NCBI GenBank assembly: GCA_016201265.1
Contig: JACQDD010000210.1
Location: 3,102 to 67,101, forward strand
Source of the DNA: Terriglobales bacterium
GTDB lineage: Bacteria; Acidobacteriota; Terriglobia; Terriglobales; Acidobacteriaceae
Direction of reading: 5' to 3'
DNA length: 64,000 nucleotides
Position 1 is the stretch's first letter; each line of letters starts with the position of its first letter. The translations under genes and the position numbers were made by a program. Under the pieces are notes generated by a model. That model made no database searches. It was not told the origin of the DNA and saw only the letters and a program-made list of their open reading frames with translations. This document shows positions 19,666 through 26,703 of this stretch, in pieces.

Positions 19666-20172
19666 TTGAGCATGATCCTTGTAGTGACTCCCAACCTGCG
19701 GGCCGATGAGTGCACGGCGGCGCTGCATCAGGCCACGGGCGAGGAGGTAGTTCTGGCAGAAAGTCTGCGCAAGGCCGCCACCCTGTTGCGCGCGGAATCC
19801 TACGTGGCCGTGGTCCTTGATCAGTACCTTCTGGAAACCGAGCCGGACGAGACCGAGGCGGTGATGCAGCACCTTGGGACCGCCATCCCGGTGCAAGTGA
19901 ATCTGGCCATCAGTAGCGTGGAACGGCTGGTGCGGGAGGTGCGGGCGGCGGTGCAGCGGCGCAAACGGGAAGAAGTGGCGGCGCGTCAGGCCGCCGTCAG
20001 CGCGCTGCACAGCGAACTCAATGGCACCATCACGGCGTTGCTGCTGTCCTGTGAGCTGGCGCTGGATACGCCGGGCCTGCCCTCGGCAGCAATGGAGAAG
20101 CTGGAGTCGGCCCACAGCTTGGTGCGAAAGCTGCGGTCGCAATTGCAGACCGCGGAAGCCGGCGAGGACTGA
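19666..20172 (+). CDS. Hypothetical receiver-like domain fused to a DHp-like helical hairpin (no ATPase domain)
   Basis: 168 aa with strong GC3 bias. The start is TTG at 19666 or ATG at 19672. The N-terminal ILVVTPN...VAVVLDQYL is REC-like but lacks the acidic pair. The C-terminal SALHSELNGTITALLLSCELAL resembles an H-box. Confidence 0.55.
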   Translation: MSMILVVTPNLRADECTAALHQATGEEVVLAESLRKAATLLRAESYVAVVLDQYLLETEPDETEAVMQHLGTAIPVQVNLAISSVERLVREVRAAVQRRKREEVAARQAAVSALHSELNGTITALLLSCELALDTPGLPSAAMEKLESAHSLVRKLRSQLQTAEAGED

Positions 20173-20198
20173 GGGCGCAGCGCAAACGGCGCCAGAGC

Positions 20199-22562
20199 CT
20201 AAAAGGCGAAAAGATAAGAGAGCTTGACGAAGACCACGTTGCCCAGGTCGGCGGGGTCAAGCGGCGAGTGTTTCTGGTGGTTGTATCCCAGGAAAAAAGC
20301 GCTGCGGGCGGTGAAATCGTAAGCGAGCAGCGAGTTGACGCTCAGGTTTGAGCCCAGGTGGTCGTCCTCGTACTGGAGCAGAACGCGGGCGCGCAGCTTG
20401 GGCGTGAACTGGTAGAGCCAGCGCGAGAGCAGGAAATTCCGGTTCTGATAGTGGGTGTTGTTCCCGAGCGATTCGCGAATTTGGGTTCCGCTCAGTTCCC
20501 AGCGCAGATGATCGCCGAGGCGGGCGTTCAGACCCAGCTCAATCTGTTTGCGATAGCCGTAGTAGTCCCAGTCATACTGCACCTGTTTGCCGCCCACGAA
20601 GCGCACGTGGAAGGAGAGCGCGCGATTGGTATTGCTGTTGAGAATGAAGGAATAGCGAGGAGTCAGGTACACGCGAGTCGTATTTTGGCGGGTGGTCAGT
20701 CGCGCGTCGCAGCTGGGGGTGGAATCACAAAACACGAAATCAAAGAAGCGGGTCCGGTCATAGGAATAGCGCGCGTGAGCGGACCAGAAGTTCTTGAATT
20801 GCGCGCTTAGTTCGGCGTCGGCTCCGGCGTCCTGGAATTCGCCACGGGTGCCGTTGGACTCGTCGTAGTTGAGAGTGGCAAAGAGCTGGCGGATTCCCCA
20901 ACGGTTGATGAAGGGCTTGTATTCGATCGCCATGAATCCGCTCCAGCGATCGACTTCGGGTTCAAAGCCGATCTGGCTGAGGTCCACTTCGCGTCCCAGA
21001 AACTTGCCACCGGCAACGTAAGCAAACTTCTCCGAGTCATAGGTAAACTCGGATTTCCAGCCCAGGTGCTGAGCGTTCATTCCCGGATACAGAGCGTTGG
21101 TATTGACCATCAACTGGGAAGCCCAGGAGAGGTGCTCGCCGTGGAGGATGTTCAGATCCACGGCCTGGGCGGTCTCGGCCGCGCTGAGCAGGTTGCCACT
21201 GAAATCAGCCACGACGAGCGGGGTTTGCCAGCGGTTCACGGAGATGAAGCCGACGGACGACTTGGCCAAAATGCCACGCTCGACCCGAAGCACACCGAAA
21301 ACAGCCGCCGGCGACAGTGCGTTCTGGCCGGTCTCGGGATCAGTGAAGCTGGTGCGCTGGGTAACGGCCTCCAGCGCGCCGATGGTCCAAGGGCCGCTTT
21401 TACCGGTGAGCTTGGCGCCCTGGAAAATGCTCTGCGGTTCGCCATTTGGCAGGCGCGCTCCGATGCGGCGCGAAAAAAACAAGTTCATGGGAGTGGCGAA
21501 ATAGTTGGCGCCCTCGGTGAAGAACTTTCTTTTCTCCGGGAAGAAAATTTCGAAACGGGAGATCTGAGGCGTGAACTCGTCGGCCTCGGTATCGCCAAAA
21601 TCGGGGTTGACGGTGAGGCTGGCGGTCAGGTTCTGGGTGATGCCGTAGCGCGCGTCCAGGCCGCCATTGGCGCTGGGGCCGTCAAATTTTGGCAGCCACG
21701 GTGAACTGCGGTACTTGGTGGAGAAATAAGGAATCAGTTCGAGATCGCGGCCGACGTGGACATGCTCGATTCCGGTCATGGTTCCGGCCTTGGAGGGCCG
21801 CATGGTGCCGTCGAAGCGCGTGACCGCTTGCCAGTGCGCGATCTCGTTCTTGCGGACGATGGAGCGGTTGAGGTTCAGTCCCCAGACCTGGGTCGATTCC
21901 CGAGGCAGGCGAATGCTTTTGAAGGGAATGGCGATCTCGGCGGACCATCCCCAATCATGAAGCACCGCGGCCGAGTACCAGATGCCATCCCAGGTCTCGT
22001 CGTGAACGCGGGTGAAGGTGTCCCCTCCGCTGTTGGAGCTGGTCTCGTTGCTGACGGCGTCGAACTGGACGCCGTGGGCATTCACACTGTAGTAGTAGCC
22101 GGTGCGACGGTCGTGGAAGGTATCAATGAAGACATCGACGCTATCGGAGCGAGTGAGGGCATCATGAGCTCCGAGGCGGTGAAGGATCTTTTGCGGCTCG
22201 CGATCGTAGCAGCGGAAGCCAAAGTAGATGTTGTCATCGTCGTAGAAGATGAGCGTTTCGGTTCGCTCACTGACCGGCGCACCCAGATCGGGCTCGGTCT
22301 GGGTGAAGTCGGTAAGGGGGGCGAGAGTGCTCCAGACCGGCTCGTCGAGCTTGCCATCCACTTTGATCTTGGCCGCAATCTTCTGGATATGAACCGTTCT
22401 AGCAGGTTCGCCGGGCGCGGCCCCCTGCCCATACCCTTCGGGGGCGAGGGCCAACCAGATCAACAGGATGGCAACGGAGAGCTTCAAACGGAGGTCGAAA
22501 CAGTGCGCAAATGACTGCTTACAAAGACCAGCTATTTTGCGGGAAAGCCCCGATCTACGCAA
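20199..22562 (-). CDS. Outer-membrane protein, CBM9-like N-terminal domain + DUF5916-like barrel
   Basis: 787 aa. IKVDGKLDEPVWSTLAPLTDFTQTEPDLGAPVSERTETLIFYDDDNIYFGFRCYD is the CBM9/DOMON-like signature. The C-terminus LSYLFAF is OMP-like. Confidence 0.78.
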   Translation of the reverse strand: MRRSGLSRKIAGLCKQSFAHCFDLRLKLSVAILLIWLALAPEGYGQGAAPGEPARTVHIQKIAAKIKVDGKLDEPVWSTLAPLTDFTQTEPDLGAPVSERTETLIFYDDDNIYFGFRCYDREPQKILHRLGAHDALTRSDSVDVFIDTFHDRRTGYYYSVNAHGVQFDAVSNETSSNSGGDTFTRVHDETWDGIWYSAAVLHDWGWSAEIAIPFKSIRLPRESTQVWGLNLNRSIVRKNEIAHWQAVTRFDGTMRPSKAGTMTGIEHVHVGRDLELIPYFSTKYRSSPWLPKFDGPSANGGLDARYGITQNLTASLTVNPDFGDTEADEFTPQISRFEIFFPEKRKFFTEGANYFATPMNLFFSRRIGARLPNGEPQSIFQGAKLTGKSGPWTIGALEAVTQRTSFTDPETGQNALSPAAVFGVLRVERGILAKSSVGFISVNRWQTPLVVADFSGNLLSAAETAQAVDLNILHGEHLSWASQLMVNTNALYPGMNAQHLGWKSEFTYDSEKFAYVAGGKFLGREVDLSQIGFEPEVDRWSGFMAIEYKPFINRWGIRQLFATLNYDESNGTRGEFQDAGADAELSAQFKNFWSAHARYSYDRTRFFDFVFCDSTPSCDARLTTRQNTTRVYLTPRYSFILNSNTNRALSFHVRFVGGKQVQYDWDYYGYRKQIELGLNARLGDHLRWELSGTQIRESLGNNTHYQNRNFLLSRWLYQFTPKLRARVLLQYEDDHLGSNLSVNSLLAYDFTARSAFFLGYNHQKHSPLDPADLGNVVFVKLSYLFAF

Positions 22563-22649
22563 GAAATGCTTTGTTCCCCGGGCTGCTCGACCCTAAACTA
22601 TGGATCATAGGGGCGAGGAACGCTTCCGTCCCGCAGTGCCGAGGGTTCT

Positions 22650-23768
22650 GTGCGCATTCTGGTTACGGCCGACACGTTCAGCGGGGTGTGGACCTACTCT
22701 CGGGAGCTCGTCTCCGGGCTGGTGACGCAGGGAGCCCAGGTCGTTCTGGTCAGCTTCGGCGAAATTCCACTTCCTCATCAGACGGGCTGGATGCAGGGCC
22801 TGCACGGGCTGGAATATCATCCGACGGCATTCCGCCTGGACTGGATGCAGGAAGGCGAGCAGGATTTCCATGCCGCCCAGGACTATCTGTGCGCGGTGGT
22901 CCGCGACACCCGTCCCGATCTGCTGCACCTGAATCAGCTGAGTTTTGGCGCGCTGCCGGTAGAGACGCCGCGAGTGGTCATCGCGCACGGCGACATCATC
23001 ACGTGGTGGCTAAGTGTCCATGGGCGCGAACCCGCCGCTTCGGCGTGGCTGGATTGGTATCGGGAGACGATCGTTCGCGGATTGCAGCGAGCCGAGGCGG
23101 TGGTTACGACCTCGCACTGGATGCAGGAAATGCTGCAACTGGCCTACAGCGATGAGTTCGAGGCGTGCGTCGTGGCTCCCGGGCGGAATCCGATCTATTT
23201 CAATCCCTTTGTCACCAAAGAGGAGTCGGTGCTCGCCATTGGCCGTCTTTGGGACACCGGCAAACAAGTGGCGTTGCTGACTCACCACTCCCATGGAATG
23301 CCGGTGTGCATTGTGGGTGCGGATCACACGATTCCGCCGCCACCAGTACCGATCCGAGCTGACGTGCGCGTCTCGACCGGCAAGCACGAGATTTCCGTGA
23401 AGGGCGCGCAGACCGAAGCGCAGCTGCGGACGCTCTACAGCAAGGCGACGATCTTCGCCGCGACCTCGCGCTACGAGCCCATGGGACTGGCGTCGATCGA
23501 GGCGGCGTTTTCACGGTGCGCACTGGTCGCCAACGATACTCCGGTCTATCGCGAACTCTGGGGCGATGCGGCCCTGTACTTCGAGCGGAATGACGCCGAC
23601 AGCCTGTCCGAAGTGCTGGGGCAGTTGCACCAGGACCGCGAACTGGCGCGGCTGTATGGGACGCGCGCCTACAATCGCGCCCGCGAACGCTTCACCGCCC
23701 GGCGCATGGTGGACGACTATCTCCGGTTGTACCGCCAGCTGCGCACATCCAAGGTTGCGGTGGCGTGA
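22650..23768 (+). CDS. Glycosyltransferase, GT4/GT-B fold
   Basis: 372 aa. The GTG start follows GAGGG. It has MRILVTADTFSGVWTY at the N-terminus and the C-terminal EPMGLASIEAAFSRCALVAND (E-x7-E region). Confidence 0.85.
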   Translation: MRILVTADTFSGVWTYSRELVSGLVTQGAQVVLVSFGEIPLPHQTGWMQGLHGLEYHPTAFRLDWMQEGEQDFHAAQDYLCAVVRDTRPDLLHLNQLSFGALPVETPRVVIAHGDIITWWLSVHGREPAASAWLDWYRETIVRGLQRAEAVVTTSHWMQEMLQLAYSDEFEACVVAPGRNPIYFNPFVTKEESVLAIGRLWDTGKQVALLTHHSHGMPVCIVGADHTIPPPPVPIRADVRVSTGKHEISVKGAQTEAQLRTLYSKATIFAATSRYEPMGLASIEAAFSRCALVANDTPVYRELWGDAALYFERNDADSLSEVLGQLHQDRELARLYGTRAYNRARERFTARRMVDDYLRLYRQLRTSKVAVA

Positions 23769-23771
23769 TCG

Positions 23772-23793
23772 AGACGCGGCTAGCCGCGTCTCT
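23772..23793 (+). terminator. Stem-loop after the glycosyltransferase gene (no U-tract)
   Basis: GAGACGCGG-ctag-CCGCGTCTC forms a 9-bp perfect stem. The downstream sequence is T-poor, so terminator function is uncertain. Confidence 0.35.
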
Positions 23794-23859
23794 CCTGCGA
23801 GTTCCGCATGTTATACTTTTCAAGTATCTTTCCGCTCAGATCGGACGACGGAGGACGGT

Positions 23860-24447
23860 ATCGACAAACGCTTTATCCGCATGAATGAGCGCATCCGCGC
23901 GAAGGAAGTGCGCGTGATTGGTGACGAGGGAGAACAGATCGGTATCATGCCTCCCTTCGAAGCGCTCAAGATGGCCCGCGAGAAGAACCTGGACCTGGTG
24001 GAAATTTCCCCGACCGCGCAACCTCCGGTTTGCCGCATCATGGACTATGGGAAATTCCTGTACCAGCAGGAAAAACGGGAACGCGAGGCGAAGAAACATC
24101 AGAAGACCATTACGGTCAAGGAAGTGAAGTTCCGTATCAACGTGGACGACCACGACTACGACACGAAAAAGAACCACGTGCTCCGCTTCCTGGACGAAGG
24201 CGACAAGGTCAAGGCGACCATCTTCTTCCGCGGACGGGAAATGACGCGGCAAAGTCTTGGACGCCAGATCCTGGAACGCCTGATCAAGGACGTGGAGCAC
24301 AAGGGATTGGTGGAGTTCCGCCCGCGCCAGGAAGGCAACACGCTGCACCTGATCCTGGCACCGAAAAAAGATGCCGGGGCGAAAGAAAAACCGGCGCCCC
24401 ACAAGCCCGCGCCTCCGGCTTCGCAGGGCGGCGCGCAGACAGCGTAG
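23860..24447 (+). CDS. infC: Translation initiation factor IF-3
   Basis: INERIRAKEVRVIGDEGEQIGIM...VCRIMDYGKFLYQQEKREREAKK is canonical IF-3. The probable start is the non-AUG ATC at 23860, 6 nt after GGAGGA, with ATG at 23881 as the alternative. The upstream 5' part of the track ORF overlaps the glycosyltransferase gene and is rejected. Confidence 0.88.
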   Translation: MDKRFIRMNERIRAKEVRVIGDEGEQIGIMPPFEALKMAREKNLDLVEISPTAQPPVCRIMDYGKFLYQQEKREREAKKHQKTITVKEVKFRINVDDHDYDTKKNHVLRFLDEGDKVKATIFFRGREMTRQSLGRQILERLIKDVEHKGLVEFRPRQEGNTLHLILAPKKDAGAKEKPAPHKPAPPASQGGAQTA

Positions 24448-24449
24448 AT

Positions 24450-24545
24450 CAGCACTTGGCACTTAGCACTTGGCATTTAGCCCTTTGAGGGCGGTGGCAG
24501 AGCTTTGATTTGGCCAAGTGCTAAATGCCAAGTGCTAAGTGCTGG
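24450..24545. repeat. Heptamer-array inverted pair (CACTTGG/CACTTAG/CATTTAG) forming a roughly 33-bp stem hairpin
   Basis: CAGCACTTGGCACTTAGCACTTGGCATTTAGCC ... GGCCAAGTGCTAAATGCCAAGTGCTAAGTGCTGG pair at 27 of 33 positions. It fills the infC-rpmI spacer and abuts the rpmI GGAG. Confidence 0.9.
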
Positions 24546-24552
24546 AGTTCTT

Positions 24553-24747
24553 ATGCCTAAACTGAAAACACACCGTGGCGCTGCCAAGCGCTTCAAGAAA
24601 ACCGGGACAGGAAAGGTGAAGCGCAACAAAGCATTTCTTCGCCACATCCTGACCTCGAAAGCCAAGAAGCGCAAGCGCAAGCTGGGCACTGCCACCCTGG
24701 TAAGTGATGCCGATGTTCGCAAGGTGAAGCGGATGATCCCGTACTAG
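24553..24747 (+). CDS. rpmI: 50S ribosomal protein L35
   Basis: [24 protein letters not shown] is the canonical L35 N-terminus. Confidence 0.95.
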   Translation: MPKLKTHRGAAKRFKKTGTGKVKRNKAFLRHILTSKAKKRKRKLGTATLVSDADVRKVKRMIPY

Positions 24748-24752
24748 AAACA

Positions 24753-24782
24753 GTCGCTAGTCGCTGGTCGCTAGTCGCTAGC
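24753..24782. repeat. Heptamer tandem array (GTCGCTA/GTCGCTG)
   Basis: GTCGCTAGTCGCTGGTCGCTAGTCGCTAGC, directly after the rpmI stop. Confidence 0.9.
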
Positions 24783-24909
24783 AAGAACCAGTCTGCGGAA
24801 GGCAACTCACTTCGCAGCGGCGCGTGAAGAGGTCAGACTTCGAAAATCCCATCGGGTAGAAGTCTCCTTACCTCCAGCCGCCAAACGAAACACAAAAAGG
24901 AGAACACTC

Positions 24910-25272
24910 ATGCCTCGTGTAAAACGCGGTACCAAACGCCGCGCCAAGCGCAAGAAAATCCTTGAACGCGCTAGTGGATATTTCCTAACTAAGTCCAAAC
25001 TCTACCGGTCCGCGAAAGAAGCGGTCGAGCGCGGCCTGAAGTTCGCCTACTCCGGACGCAAGCAGAAAAAGCGCCAATATCGCTCGATATGGATCGTGCG
25101 CATCGGCGCTGCTGCCCGACTACACGGACTGAATTACAACCAGTTCATCAGCGGGCTGAAGAAAGCCGGCGTGGAACTGGACCGCAAGATTCTGGCGGAC
25201 CTGGCGGTGAAGGATCCGGCGGGGTTTGGGAGTCTGGCGGAGCAGGCGAAGAAGGCGCACGCAGCGGCGTAG
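24910..25272 (+). CDS. rplT: 50S ribosomal protein L20
   Basis: [24 protein letters not shown] is the canonical L20 N-terminus. Confidence 0.95.
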   Translation: MPRVKRGTKRRAKRKKILERASGYFLTKSKLYRSAKEAVERGLKFAYSGRKQKKRQYRSIWIVRIGAAARLHGLNYNQFISGLKKAGVELDRKILADLAVKDPAGFGSLAEQAKKAHAAA

Positions 25273-25303
25273 CCGTCAGCATTCAGCCGTCGGCACTCAG
25301 TCC
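25273..25303. repeat. Degenerate heptamer array (CGTCAGC/ATTCAGC/CGTCGGC/ACTCAGT)
   Basis: Starts directly after the rplT TAG stop and shows 7-nt periodicity. Confidence 0.7.
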
Positions 25304-25313
25304 TTTTTCTTGC

Positions 25314-25397
25314 ATTGTCATCCTGAGCAAAGCGAAGGGCCTGCTTTCTTCTGCTACAGGAAACTGCAGATCCCTCGCTTCGCTAGGGAGTGACAAT
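25314..25397. repeat. 84-bp palindromic REP/MITE-like element (arms ATTGTCATCCTGAGC...GGGAGTGACAAT)
   Basis: The left arm ATTGTCATCCTGAGCAAAGCGAAGGGCCTGC is the imperfect reverse complement of the right arm GCAGATCCCTCGCTTCGCTAGGGAGTGACAAT. It lies 22 nt upstream of the pheS ATG. Confidence 0.88.
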
Positions 25398-25419
25398 CCT
25401 GTAGAGTATTGCTCGAAGC

Positions 25420-26535
25420 ATGCCCTACTCTGTCCCCAAACTGACCGACTTCTCTGCTGCGGCGCTCGACCGCGCGGTGCGCGAACTCCTGTCTGTGCTT
25501 GATCAAGAATCGGCAGCGGTCGGATCGGAAAATGACTGGAAGGCCTTTCGCGATCGTTGGATAGCGCGCAAGAACGGCGTCCTCACCCAACTCAATGATC
25601 TGTGGCTGAAAGCTGCCCCGAAAGATGCTAAACGCGATGTCGGTCAGCGCGTCAACGAAGTTAAGGGGAAGGTCGAGCAAACTGTTGACGCAACCCTGAA
25701 TCGCATTCAGGGCGGCGCTTCCTCGGCCAGGCTGGCGTCTGAGCGCGTGGACGTCACTCTCCCCGGCATCCGGCGGGCGCTGGGGGCGGAACATCCGGTC
25801 ATCAAGACGATGAACGAGATCATCGGCGTCTTTCGCAACCTGGGCTACTCGGTCGAAGAAGGGCCGGAGATCGAGACCGATTACTACAACTTCGAAGCGC
25901 TGAATTTTCCGCCGAACCATCCAGCGCGCGACACGCAGGACACGTTGTTCATCGCCGGACAGGAGTCAAAGCCGCTGCGCGACCGGCTGCTCTTGCGCAC
26001 GCATACCTCGCCGGTGCAGATCCGCACCATGGAAAAGATGAAGCCGCCGGTGCGGGTGGTGTGCCCGGGGAAAGTACACCGCAACGACGCGCCCGACGCC
26101 ACGCACTCGCCGATCTTCCACCAGGTTGAAGGGCTCGCGGTGGACACGAACATCACTTTCTGTGACCTGAAGGGGACGCTCGATCACGCGATGAAGGCGC
26201 TCTTTGGATCGAGCGTGAAGACGCGGTTCTATCCGTCGTTCTTCCCGTTCACCGAGCCCAGCGCTGACGTGCAGATCAGCTGCATCTTCTGCGACGGCAA
26301 GGGCACACGCGACGGCGGTCCTTGCCGCAACTGCAAGGCTAGCGGATGGATTGAGCTGCTCGGCTGCGGCATGGTGGATCCGAACGTGTACGGTTTCGTG
26401 GATTACGATCCAGCCAAGGTTTCGGGCTTCGCCTTCGGCATGGGCGTGGAGCGCATCGCGATTTTGAAGTACGGCGTGGATGATATTCAGTTGTTTTTCA
26501 ACGGGGATGTGAGGTTTTTGGAGCAGTTTGAATAG
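25420..26535 (+). CDS. pheS: Phenylalanine--tRNA ligase alpha subunit
   Basis: 371 aa. It has the class II motifs FPPNHPARDTQDTLF, LLRTHTSPVQIR and GFAFGMGVERIA. Confidence 0.95.
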   Translation: MPYSVPKLTDFSAAALDRAVRELLSVLDQESAAVGSENDWKAFRDRWIARKNGVLTQLNDLWLKAAPKDAKRDVGQRVNEVKGKVEQTVDATLNRIQGGASSARLASERVDVTLPGIRRALGAEHPVIKTMNEIIGVFRNLGYSVEEGPEIETDYYNFEALNFPPNHPARDTQDTLFIAGQESKPLRDRLLLRTHTSPVQIRTMEKMKPPVRVVCPGKVHRNDAPDATHSPIFHQVEGLAVDTNITFCDLKGTLDHAMKALFGSSVKTRFYPSFFPFTEPSADVQISCIFCDGKGTRDGGPCRNCKASGWIELLGCGMVDPNVYGFVDYDPAKVSGFAFGMGVERIAILKYGVDDIQLFFNGDVRFLEQFE

Positions 26536-26537
26536 CG

Positions 26538-26570
26538 GTCGTTGGTCGCTCGTCGTTGGTCGCTCGCGAG
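26538..26570. repeat. Heptamer array (GTCGTTG/GTCGCTC, i.e. a 14-nt unit x2)
   Basis: GTCGTTGGTCGCTCGTCGTTGGTCGCTCGCGAG, directly after the pheS TAG stop. Confidence 0.88.
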
Positions 26571-26580
26571 TGCTATCTGG

Positions 26581-26665
26581 TTTGTCATTCCGAGCACAGC
26601 GAGGAATCTGCAGTTCGTGTGCGCACGAGACACTGCAGATCCCTCGCTTCGCTCGGGATGACAAT
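26581..26665. repeat. 85-bp palindromic REP/MITE-like element, second copy of the 25314-25397 family
   Basis: TTTGTCATTCCGAGCACAGCGAGGAATCTGCAG ... CTGCAGATCCCTCGCTTCGCTCGGGATGACAAT. The arms pair at 28 of 33 positions. The right arm is nearly identical to that of the first copy. Confidence 0.9.
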
Positions 26666-26703
26666 TCGAAATCGGTCGGGTTGGACTAAGTGCTAATTGC
26701 TGA

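Noticed and set aside
23566-23859. Upstream 98 codons of the 293-aa ORF containing infC
   Set aside because: This part overlaps the 3' end of the glycosyltransferase gene in another frame and has no IF-3 similarity. IF-3 homology starts near 23860-23881.
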